64,000 bases of DNA from positions 829,899 through 893,898 of the forward strand of contig OY282420.1 of assembly GCA_958295955.1 (NCBI GenBank), in the 5' to 3' direction. This document shows, piece after piece, positions 1-8,129 of the stretch; the first letter of the stretch is position 1, and each line of letters starts with the position of its first letter. A program made the translations under genes and the position numbers. Under the pieces are notes generated by a model. That model searched no databases. It had not been told where the DNA came from and saw only the letters and a list, made by a program, of their open reading frames with translations. This DNA is from an uncultured Bryobacterales bacterium. GTDB taxonomy: Bacteria; Acidobacteriota; Terriglobia; Bryobacterales; UBA6623.

Positions 1-209
1 CAGTCGGTGTTCTGGGTGATGTTCTGGCCGACCATGCCGGCGTAGCCTTCGCCGGAGAACGACACGCATTTCAACTTGTCCACGCCCATTTCCCGCGAGA
101 CGGCCTGCAGCACGGGCAAGGGATCGATATAACCCGGCTGTTGCGCGGCGGCTCCAACGGCGAGCGCGAGCGTCGGCAAGAGGATGCGGGCGGTTGGCGG
201 CTTGCGCAT
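1..209 (-). CDS. Secreted protein, N-terminal part only (runs off the window)
   Basis: Manual translation from ATG 209: MRKPPTARILLPTLALAVGAAAQQPGYIDPLPVLQAVSREMGVDKLKCVSFSGEGYAGMVGQN...; signal-peptide-like N-terminus; frame open to the window edge. Confidence 0.7.
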   Translation of the reverse strand, partial: MRKPPTARILLPTLALAVGAAAQQPGYIDPLPVLQAVSREMGVDKLKCVSFSGEGYAGMVGQNITQNTD

Positions 210-253
210 GACGAATAGCTTAATCGTATTGCTCAAACATTGTGCGCACAGCT

Positions 254-808
254 TCACTGGAACATCGAGATGCCGGCGATTCCGGCTGCTCCGGCCTCCA
301 GGCACGAGGGGATGCGCTCGGGGGTAATGCCGCCCAGGGCCAGTACCGGCAGGCCGGCCCGGGCGCAGGCTTCGGCCAGTTTTCTCAGACCGGGGAGCGC
401 AGTCGTTCCGGGCTTGGACCGCGTGGGGAAAACCGGACCGAAAACGGCGAAGTCGGCGTCTTCGAGCGCGGCGCGCTCGGCCTCTTCGGGCGTGTGCGTC
501 GATACGCCCAGCAGGAATCCCGGGGGGGCAACCGCGCGCAAGCGCCGCGGCGGCGGGGCGTCGGAGGTCAAGTGGACGCCGCGGGCGCCTGCGGCCAGAG
601 CCACGTCCAGACGGGTGTTGACCAGAATTGCGGCAGGGTAGTTTTTCGTACGCGCCAGCGCCGCCCGCGCGAGCTCGAGCAGAGCGCGGGGCGGCAGGTC
701 TTTCTCGCGGATTTGGATCCAATCGACGCCGGCGGCGGCGGCGGACTCGATGGCGTCGAGAACATCTCCGCCGCAACTCTTGCGGTCGGTGACGTAGTAG
801 CGCTTCAC
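254..808 (-). CDS. thiE: Thiamine-phosphate synthase (ThiE/TenI family)
   Basis: Motifs IQIREKD, ILVN, GVHL, GVSTH, GPVFPTRSK, LALGGI, GIAGIS; likely GTG start at 808 (VKRYYVTDR). Confidence 0.85.
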   Translation of the reverse strand: MKRYYVTDRKSCGGDVLDAIESAAAAGVDWIQIREKDLPPRALLELARAALARTKNYPAAILVNTRLDVALAAGARGVHLTSDAPPPRRLRAVAPPGFLLGVSTHTPEEAERAALEDADFAVFGPVFPTRSKPGTTALPGLRKLAEACARAGLPVLALGGITPERIPSCLEAGAAGIAGISMFQ

Positions 809-872
809 GCTGCGTCGATTATACGGCGCCCATGCCGGCAGCCCCAAAAACGGGTTGCAGGGCGGCGACGGC

Positions 873-917
873 GCAACCGAACAGAGCGCTCAGGGGCAAC
901 CGAACAGAGCGCTCAGG
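873..917. repeat. Tandem direct repeat, 2 x 22 bp (period 23), each copy containing palindrome GAGCGCTC
   Basis: GCAACCGAACAGAGCGCTCAGG at 873-894 and 896-917, in the divergent thiE/dnaK intergenic region. Confidence 0.9.
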
Positions 918-927
918 CGGCGTACAT

Positions 928-948
928 CTTGACAATCGTTCACTAAAG
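928..948. promoter_or_regulatory. HAIR-like HspR operator
   Basis: CTTGACA-N7-ACTAAAG versus HAIR consensus CTTGAGT-N7-ACTCAAG (11/14, exact 7-nt spacer); overlaps the -35 of the promoter for an operon containing hspR. Confidence 0.7.
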
Positions 949-957
949 TTTGATAAT
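929..957 (+). promoter_or_regulatory. Sigma70-type promoter of the dnaK operon
   Basis: TTGACA (929-934), 17-bp spacer, GATAAT (952-957), about 80 bp upstream of the dnaK ATG. Confidence 0.8.
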
Positions 958-1038
958 GGAAAATAGCTAAAGGATTCGCAGTCGGCAAGCGAATCGAGGC
1001 TTTCGACAAGAGAGCCGGAGAAGAAGTAAGGTGGAAGC

Positions 1039-2976
1039 ATGGGCAAGGTAATCGGTATCGATTTAGGAACCACGAACTCAGTTGTCGCCGTAGTGCAGGC
1101 GGGTCAGCCGACCGTAATCGCCAATCAGGAGGGCAGCCGCACGACGCCGTCGGTGGTGGCCTTCACCAAGAGCGGCGAGCGGCTCGTGGGGCAAGCCGCG
1201 AAACGGCAGGCGGTGACCAACCCGGAGGCCACGATCCATTCGATCAAGCGTTTCATGGGTCGGCGCGCGGACGAAGTCAGCGAAGAAATCAGATTGGCGC
1301 CGTACCACATCGGTCAGAGCGGCGGCGTCGTCAACGTGCAGGTTGGCGGCAAAGGGTATTCCGCGCCCGAAATTTCGGCGATGGTGTTGAGCAAGCTGAA
1401 GGATGCGGCGGAGTCGTACCTGGGCGAGAAGGTGACTCAAGCGGTGATTACCGTGCCCGCGTACTTCAACGATTCCCAGCGCCAGGCAACGAAAGACGCC
1501 GGCAAGATCGCCGGCGTCGAGGTGCTGCGCATCATCAACGAGCCGACCGCCGCGGCCTTGGCCTACGGACTCGACAAGAAAAGCAGCGAGACGATCGCCG
1601 TTTACGATTTCGGCGGCGGGACGTTCGACATCTCGATCCTCGAAGTGGGCGAGGGCGTAGTCGAAGTCAAAGCCACCAACGGCGATACGCATCTCGGCGG
1701 GGACAACATCGACCGGGTCATCATCGAATGGATTATCGACGAGTTCAAGAGGGAGCAGAGGATCGATCTTTCGGGCGACAAGATGGCGCTGCAGCGCCTG
1801 CGCGAAGCCGCGGAGAAGGCCAAGATGGATCTGTCCACCCTGATGGAGTCGGAGATCAACCTGCCGTTCATTACCGCGGACGCGACCGGTCCGAAGCATC
1901 TGCAACTCAACCTGACCCGCGCCCGTCTCGAAACGATGATGGATGCGCTGCTGCGGCGCACGCTCGAACCCTGCAAGAAGGCTTTGACGGATGCGGGACT
2001 GACTCCCGGCGAGATCGACGAAGTCGTGATGGTCGGCGGCTCGACGCGCATTCCCAAAGTGCAGAAACTCGTTCAGGATCTGTTCGGCAAGGAGCCGCAC
2101 AGGGGCGTGAATCCCGATGAGGTCGTGGCTGTCGGCGCGGCCGTGCAGGGCGGCGTCCTGGGCGGCGAGGTCAAGGATGTCCTGCTGCTCGACGTGACGC
2201 CTCTTTCGCTGGGCATCGAAACGCTCGGGGGCGTCTTCACCAAGCTGATCGACCGCAACACGACGATCCCCACGCGCAAATCGGAGACTTTTTCGACTGC
2301 CGCGGACAACCAGACATCGGTAGAGATCAAGGTGTTCCAGGGCGAGCGCTCGATGGCGGCCGACAACCGCTTGCTGGGCGTATTCCAGCTTGTGGGCATT
2401 CCGCCGGGGCCGCGGGGCGTCCCGCAGATCGAGGTCACGTTCGACATCGACGCCAACGGCATCCTGAACGTTTCGGCGAAAGACAAGGCGACCGCCAAGG
2501 AGCAGAAGATTACGATCACCAGCTCGTCGGGTCTCTCGAAAGAAGAAATCGAGAAGATGGCCAAGGACGCCGAGATGCATGCGGCCGAAGACGAGAAACG
2601 CCGCAGCGAGATCGAAACGCGCAACCGCGCCGACGCCATGATCGACTCCACCGAGAAGACGTTGAGCGAGCACCGCGACAAAATCGGCGCCGATGACGCC
2701 AAGAAGGTCGAGGAGGCGCTGGCAGCGGCGAAAGAGGCCGTCAAGAGCGGCGACTCGGCCGCGACCGAGCGGGCGCTCGAGAACCTGACGCAGGCCGGTC
2801 ACAAGCTGGCCGAGGCGATGTATCAATCGCCCGGCGCTGCTTCCGGCGGCGCTTCCGGCGCTCCCGGAGGAGCGGATCCGGGCGCCGCCGGAGCCAACGG
2901 AGCCGCCGGCGCTGCGGACGGCGACGACGTCGTGGACGCCGAGTTCGTGGATGCCGACGACAAATCGAAGTCGTAA
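1039..2976 (+). CDS. dnaK: Molecular chaperone DnaK (Hsp70)
   Basis: [41 protein letters not shown]-terminal VDAEF. Confidence 0.99.
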   Translation: MGKVIGIDLGTTNSVVAVVQAGQPTVIANQEGSRTTPSVVAFTKSGERLVGQAAKRQAVTNPEATIHSIKRFMGRRADEVSEEIRLAPYHIGQSGGVVNVQVGGKGYSAPEISAMVLSKLKDAAESYLGEKVTQAVITVPAYFNDSQRQATKDAGKIAGVEVLRIINEPTAAALAYGLDKKSSETIAVYDFGGGTFDISILEVGEGVVEVKATNGDTHLGGDNIDRVIIEWIIDEFKREQRIDLSGDKMALQRLREAAEKAKMDLSTLMESEINLPFITADATGPKHLQLNLTRARLETMMDALLRRTLEPCKKALTDAGLTPGEIDEVVMVGGSTRIPKVQKLVQDLFGKEPHRGVNPDEVVAVGAAVQGGVLGGEVKDVLLLDVTPLSLGIETLGGVFTKLIDRNTTIPTRKSETFSTAADNQTSVEIKVFQGERSMAADNRLLGVFQLVGIPPGPRGVPQIEVTFDIDANGILNVSAKDKATAKEQKITITSSSGLSKEEIEKMAKDAEMHAAEDEKRRSEIETRNRADAMIDSTEKTLSEHRDKIGADDAKKVEEALAAAKEAVKSGDSAATERALENLTQAGHKLAEAMYQSPGAASGGASGAPGGADPGAAGANGAAGAADGDDVVDAEFVDADDKSKS

Positions 2977-3055
2977 CCCAAGCGCGCCGCTCGGGCGCGG
3001 GCAGCCGGCTGCATAGGAACGGGAGATTGACCGCAGGAAATTCCGAGACGATCCG

Positions 3056-4252
3056 ATGGCCGCCGCGAAACAGCAGGACTACTACCAGACATTGGGACTG
3101 AAGCGCAATGCCAAGCCCGATGAGGTTCGCAAGGCATACCGCCGTCTCGCCCGCAAGTACCACCCGGACGTCAATCCGGGCGACAAGACAGCCGAAGACC
3201 GCTTCAAAGACATTCAAGCCGCTTACGATGTCTTGGGAGACGCGAAGAAACGGCAGATGTTCGACCGTTACGGGTTCTACTCCGACCAGGCATTCGCCGG
3301 CGGCGGACCCGGCGGCGCGGGGCGCTCCCCCGGCGGGGCGGGCGGGTTCCGTCCGGGCGGCTTCGATTTCGACGGCTTCGATTTCTCTGAGTTCGCGCGC
3401 CATGCGGCCGGCGGCGCGGGGCGGCAATCCCGCGGCGGATTCTCCGATCTGTTCGGCAATTTGTTCGGCAGAGGGGCCGCCGCGGGCCACACGGAGACGG
3501 GGCCGAAACCCGGCGAGGACCTGGAATACGCGATCGACATCGATTTTTGGGAGGCCGTCCGGGGCACGACCGCCCGCTTGAGCGTTGCCCGCAATGCGCC
3601 CTGCAGTCGCTGCAACGCGACGGGGTGCGCCGATAGCGGCGGGCCGGCGGCTTGCAGCGAGTGCGGCGGCTCCGGCCATGTCAGCCGGGCGGTCGGCAAT
3701 ATGCGCTTCGATGCGTCTTGCCCGCGCTGCGGAGGCAGCGGGCAGATCCGCAACGCTTGCGCGCATTGCCGCGGCGAGGGGCGGACCGCCGCGACCGAGC
3801 CGGTGGAGGCGCGCATTCCCGCGGGGGCGAAGCAGGGCTCGCGCCTGCGCGTGCAGGGCAAGGGCAACAGCGGGTTGCGCGGCGGCCCTCCCGGAGACCT
3901 CTACATCGTCACCCGCGTCGGCGAGCATCCGTTCTTCAAGCGGGTCGGAGACGACATTCGCATTCAAGTTCCGGTAACGCCGGCGGAGGCGGTGCTCGGC
4001 GCGAAAATCGAAGTGCCGACGATCGAGGGCAGCGCGTTCCTCAAAATCCCGCCCGCAACCAGCTCGGGCAAAGTGTTCCGCGTCCGCGAGCGCGGTGTCT
4101 TGAACCCCGGCGCCAAGCGCCGCGGCGATCAATTCGTCGAGGTGCGCATCGTTGTCCCTGAAATCGCCGGCGAGGGCATCAAAGAGCTCATGCGCCGGTA
4201 TGCCGAGCTCAACCCTGAAAATCCGCGCGAGCCGCTGTTCGAGAAGCGCTGA
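3056..4252 (+). CDS. dnaJ: Chaperone DnaJ
   Basis: J-domain with HPD, G/F-rich region, four CxxCxxxG zinc-finger repeats, C-terminal domain. Confidence 0.95.
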   Translation: MAAAKQQDYYQTLGLKRNAKPDEVRKAYRRLARKYHPDVNPGDKTAEDRFKDIQAAYDVLGDAKKRQMFDRYGFYSDQAFAGGGPGGAGRSPGGAGGFRPGGFDFDGFDFSEFARHAAGGAGRQSRGGFSDLFGNLFGRGAAAGHTETGPKPGEDLEYAIDIDFWEAVRGTTARLSVARNAPCSRCNATGCADSGGPAACSECGGSGHVSRAVGNMRFDASCPRCGGSGQIRNACAHCRGEGRTAATEPVEARIPAGAKQGSRLRVQGKGNSGLRGGPPGDLYIVTRVGEHPFFKRVGDDIRIQVPVTPAEAVLGAKIEVPTIEGSAFLKIPPATSSGKVFRVRERGVLNPGAKRRGDQFVEVRIVVPEIAGEGIKELMRRYAELNPENPREPLFEKR

Positions 4253-4254
4253 CA

Positions 4255-4710
4255 ATGGCCGGACGGCGCAAGACGAAGGCTGCATACACGATTTCGGTCG
4301 TCGCCGAACAGTTCGACGTCCACCCGCAAACCCTGCGCCTGTACGAACGCGAAGGGTTGCTCAAACCCTCGCGGACCGAAGGCAATACGCGCATGTACAC
4401 CGAGGAAGACGTGCAGCAATTGGAGGTCATCCTTGCGTTGACCCGCGACCTCGGCGTCAACCTTGCCGGAGTCGAGATCATCCTCAACATGCGCGCCAAA
4501 ATGGAAGAAATGCAGCGCCAGATGCGTGAGTTCGTCGCTTTTGTAAACGAAAACGCAACGCTGGATCAGGAACCCGACGAGGTCATCTCCAACGCGTTGA
4601 TTCCGCTCAAGACGCGCCTGCCGGTCAGGGCCAAGCCCAAGCAGGCGGGGAAGAAATCAGTCAACCGCGCCGGGCGCAAGATCAAGGTCCAAGCGCAGCC
4701 GGACAAGTAA
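4255..4710 (+). CDS. hspR: Heat-shock repressor HspR (MerR family)
   Basis: YTISVVAE..VHPQTLRLYEREGLLKPSRTEGNTRMY..LGVNLAGV is typical of HspR; directly follows dnaJ. Confidence 0.85.
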   Translation: MAGRRKTKAAYTISVVAEQFDVHPQTLRLYEREGLLKPSRTEGNTRMYTEEDVQQLEVILALTRDLGVNLAGVEIILNMRAKMEEMQRQMREFVAFVNENATLDQEPDEVISNALIPLKTRLPVRAKPKQAGKKSVNRAGRKIKVQAQPDK

Positions 4711-4720
4711 GGGAATTCTT

Positions 4721-6577
4721 ATGGAAAAAGTCCGGGCGGCGCTGCTCCTGGCGGCGCTTGCCGTCTGCGCGCCATTGCAGGCGCAGGACGAGAAAAAGCC
4801 CGCGTCGATCGCAGAGTTGCGAGCGGCCATCGAGGAGGAGCTTCGTGAAGTCGGCTACGGCTCTGCGGGAGTCGCTCTCGTATCGCGAGAGAAAACGATT
4901 TGGGCGGACGGGGTAGGCGCCGCCGATGCCGAGAGCGGGCGCCGTCCCGACGCCAACACCTACTGGCGAGTCGGCTCCATCAGCAAGAGCTTTGTCGGCC
5001 TCGCCGCGCTCATTCTTGAAGAGCGGGGCAAGCTGCGGCTGACCGACCCGGTCGCCGCATTGGCGCCCGAGGTCGCGATACGCAACCGCCGGCGGGACGA
5101 AAACCCGGTGCGTCTCGCACACCTGCTGGAGCACACGGCCGGCCTCGACGACCTGCACTTCAAGGACTATGCCCACAACGACCCGGCGCCGCTCTCGCTG
5201 CGCCAAGGGCTGGAGCATATCCGCGATTCGCTCTATTGCCGTTGGCCGCCGGGTCTGCACTCGTCTTACTCCAACGCCGGTCCGGCGGTTGCGGCGTACA
5301 TCGTGCAGAAAACGGACGGCCGTTCCTACGAGCAATTCGTCGCCGACGAGATTCTCGAGCCGCTGCAGATGACCGGGGCCGGCCTGCTGTTGACCGATGA
5401 AATCAAGGCGGGCCTGGCGCCCGGTTACGACGGCGGCGGCAAACGGGTTCCTTACCGGCACATCGTCGTGCGGCCTTCGGGCGCATTGAACGCAACCCCG
5501 GCGCAAATGGCCAACTTCGTCCGCATGCTGCTCAACCGCGGCGAGCTCGACGGCCGCCGGCTGGTCTCGCCGCAAGCGGTCGAGCGCATGGAACGGCCGC
5601 AAACGACGCTGGCCGCCCGCCTGCCGTTGGACCTCGGCTACGGCTTGGGCAACTTCTCGAAGCCGGCAAACGGGTTTGTCTTTCACGGGCACAACGGAGG
5701 CATGACGGGGTATCTCGCCGAATACGGATACTTGCCCGAGCCGGGGCTCGGTTATTTCGTGACGGTCTCAGTGTCGAGCGGCAGGCTGCTGAGCCGCGTC
5801 CGCAACCTCGTCCGCGAGTACCTCGTCCGCGGCGTCGAAAAACCCGAGCAGCCGAGCAGCGGGGAAATGCCCGCCGATATCGACCGCTGGGCCGGCTATT
5901 ACCGCTCGATCACGCCGCGGAACGAATATGGGCGCTACATAGAGCGTCTCGACGTCGACCGCATCCGCCGCGTGGACGACCGTCTGATCGTCAGTCGCCT
6001 GTTCGCATCCGACATCGAGTTTTATCCCGTTGCCGGCCGGGCGTTCAAGCGCCGCTCGCGGCCGATGACCACTCTGGCGCTCGTGCAAGGCCCGGACGGC
6101 GAGAAGTACGCGCAGGGCGAAAGAGGGAACCGGCGCAAGGTCTCCGCCGCGGTCGTTTGGTTCGAGCGCGCCGCTGTCGGCCTTGTCGCGCTGCTGCTGT
6201 TGAGCGGCCCGGCGTGGGCGCTGGTCTGGGTTCCCCTGAAACTGTTGGGGAAACTCAAAGGCCGTCCGGTCGCGGTGCGCATTTGGCCGCTGACGGCAAT
6301 AGCGGCCCTGCCGGCGGCGGTAGCCGTTCTGGGCGTGGGCGCCGGCGACATCGTCGACCGACTCGGCAAACCGTCGGCGGCGGGGGTCGGTTTCGTGGCG
6401 TTTTCGTGGTTGTTCGCGCTGCTTGCGGCGTGGGGCCTGATCCGCGCTCTGCGCAGCGACCCGCGGCAAGTCGGCCGGTTTGCGCGCGGGCACTCGGCGG
6501 CGGTTGCGTCGGCCTGCCTGATCGCGGCGATCTACTTGTTGTCCTACCGCGCTATCGGTTTTCCGCCATGGCTGTAG
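4721..6577 (+). CDS. Serine hydrolase (beta-lactamase/AmpC-like) with signal peptide and C-terminal TM helices
   Basis: SxxK (GSISKS), LLEHTAG, YSN and HNG motifs; hydrophobic C-terminal ~130 aa. Confidence 0.85.
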   Translation: MEKVRAALLLAALAVCAPLQAQDEKKPASIAELRAAIEEELREVGYGSAGVALVSREKTIWADGVGAADAESGRRPDANTYWRVGSISKSFVGLAALILEERGKLRLTDPVAALAPEVAIRNRRRDENPVRLAHLLEHTAGLDDLHFKDYAHNDPAPLSLRQGLEHIRDSLYCRWPPGLHSSYSNAGPAVAAYIVQKTDGRSYEQFVADEILEPLQMTGAGLLLTDEIKAGLAPGYDGGGKRVPYRHIVVRPSGALNATPAQMANFVRMLLNRGELDGRRLVSPQAVERMERPQTTLAARLPLDLGYGLGNFSKPANGFVFHGHNGGMTGYLAEYGYLPEPGLGYFVTVSVSSGRLLSRVRNLVREYLVRGVEKPEQPSSGEMPADIDRWAGYYRSITPRNEYGRYIERLDVDRIRRVDDRLIVSRLFASDIEFYPVAGRAFKRRSRPMTTLALVQGPDGEKYAQGERGNRRKVSAAVVWFERAAVGLVALLLLSGPAWALVWVPLKLLGKLKGRPVAVRIWPLTAIAALPAAVAVLGVGAGDIVDRLGKPSAAGVGFVAFSWLFALLAAWGLIRALRSDPRQVGRFARGHSAAVASACLIAAIYLLSYRAIGFPPWL

Positions 6578-6579
6578 GT

Positions 6580-6751
6580 TCGAGATTGGGCGTCCGCGGA
6601 ACCGGAACAGGATGTCCTGGAGGAACGACTCGTCGACGCCGCCGTCCGCGGCCGAAGCTCCAAACGGCGCGCGTTTCAAGACCTCCTCCGAGGCACCGTT
6701 ATCGGGATCCAGCCTGATCAGATCTCCGTACGCCTAGGAGTGTTTCTCCAT
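6580..6751 (-). pseudogene. N-terminal relic of a possible NucS/DUF91-like nuclease
   Basis: MEKHS*AYGDLIRLDPDNGASEEVLKRAPFGASAADGGVDESFLQDILFRF, with an in-frame TAG at codon 6 and truncation; family resemblance (ExxLQDxL) by eye only. Confidence 0.35.
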
Positions 6752-6782
6752 GCCGCAAGAATATCGACCGCTCGGCTCCCCA

Positions 6783-8129
6783 TTATATTGGCGACGGTGC
6801 TCTGACGGCGCCCCCAGTGGCCTCCGCGGACCGGGGTCGGCTCTTCTCGGGAAAGAAGTCGCCGTTCCGTTGCACAACATACCTGACGGGCTTGGTCTGC
6901 TTTTCCAGGACGCCTTCCGCAACGAGCCGTTTTATCCAATCTTGGGCTTGACCTTTGGTGACGTCCAGTTCCTCAGCAACTTCCGCGGCGTTTTTGGGTT
7001 TTGTGAGGATGCGGAGAATCAGCGCCCGCACCGTTTCTTGTAATTTTTCGGCGGAACCGGAAGTTGGAGCGCCCGTCGGTTTCCACCGCTCCGGTCGGGC
7101 TTCTTTTTGCCGTCCCGGTTTCTTGGGGTTTTGTTCAACGCGAAACGGCAGACCGCCTTGGGCCGGCACGCTTGGCGCTTGGGAGGCGGCGGCGCGAAAA
7201 GCCGCGGCAAGGCCGGCCGCGTCTTGCGGATTGGGCCACCGCAGGGCTCCCTTTTTCTCCAGAGCGATGAGACCTTCGGAAGCTTCACCGGTCGAACGCA
7301 CATAAACAGGCGTCGCGCGCAATTTTTCCAATTGTTCGATTGAGCCATTCCACGTACCGCCCTTGTTGGGGTCCGCGTTCACCACCAGAGCCGCATCGGC
7401 CAAGCCGTAGATGACCTTGTTCCGCTGCATCGCGTGCCCCGGATGAAACCTCGCTCGCGGGTCGTAGGGCGAGATCAGCGCCAGCCGCCCCTCCCGTATC
7501 CGGTTCCGATGATCCCTGTTCATGCTCGTACTTTCGAGGTCGCCCGCCAGCACGCCAACGACTTTCCCTCCGGTTTCCAGAGCTCCCTTCATGGCCGCCA
7601 GGTCGACGCCCCGCGCCCCGCCGGAGACCACGTTTCTTCGCGCGCCGGCGGCAAGGATCGCAGCGCCGCGCGCGTATTCGAGCAACGACTCATTCGCCTT
7701 GCGCGAGCCGACAATTGCCAAGGCGCCGGGCGTATTCACAATTTCCTGCCGCCCGCAGCCGTAGAGCAAGACTGGGGCATGCTTCTTGAGCCGCTCCTTG
7801 AGCATACGGGGATATGCGTCGTCGGCGCGACTCACTACCCAAATCGCCCGCGTCTGCCAGCGCTCAACGGCTTGGCTGAGCAAAAACCCTCTGCCGAGCA
7901 AAGCCGCGAGGCGCGCCTTGTCGACCGCGGCGCCGCACGCATCCCTCAGTGTGTCCGCGGCAGGTTTCAGTAAATCGGCCGGCTCCGCCTGGTTTTCTTT
8001 CAGGCGTCGGGCCAACCTCTCATATTCTCCGGCTGTGAAGGGTTTGACGTTTTCCTTATTTTTACCCGCAATTAAAGGCGCGGTCAGCAGTAGAATTGCC
8101 TTGGTATTCAGGGAAAGCGTCTCGCTCAT
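6783..8129 (-). CDS. DprA/Smf-domain protein with C-terminal wHTH (RqlI-like)
   Basis: [46 protein letters not shown]; C-terminal HTH ([18 protein letters not shown]); ATG 8129 overlaps the helicase stop (ATGA). Confidence 0.9.
   Translation of the reverse strand: MSETLSLNTKAILLLTAPLIAGKNKENVKPFTAGEYERLARRLKENQAEPADLLKPAADTLRDACGAAVDKARLAALLGRGFLLSQAVERWQTRAIWVVSRADDAYPRMLKERLKKHAPVLLYGCGRQEIVNTPGALAIVGSRKANESLLEYARGAAILAAGARRNVVSGGARGVDLAAMKGALETGGKVVGVLAGDLESTSMNRDHRNRIREGRLALISPYDPRARFHPGHAMQRNKVIYGLADAALVVNADPNKGGTWNGSIEQLEKLRATPVYVRSTGEASEGLIALEKKGALRWPNPQDAAGLAAAFRAAASQAPSVPAQGGLPFRVEQNPKKPGRQKEARPERWKPTGAPTSGSAEKLQETVRALILRILTKPKNAAEVAEELDVTKGQAQDWIKRLVAEGVLEKQTKPVRYVVQRNGDFFPEKSRPRSAEATGGAVRAPSPI

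Noticed and set aside
809-872. TPP riboswitch upstream of thiE
   Set aside because: No CTGAGA / ACCTG core motifs were seen on the minus strand.
2830-2930. GC-rich low-complexity repeats at the 3' end of dnaK
   Set aside because: They encode the ordinary Gly/Ala-rich DnaK tail.
1078-4285. Long antisense ORFs opposite dnaK/dnaJ, and similar ones across the window (e.g. 21883-24510, 26084-28021, 51933-53786)
   Set aside because: Shadow or alternate-frame ORFs expected from high-GC codon bias; no recognisable motifs, and they overlap well-supported genes.
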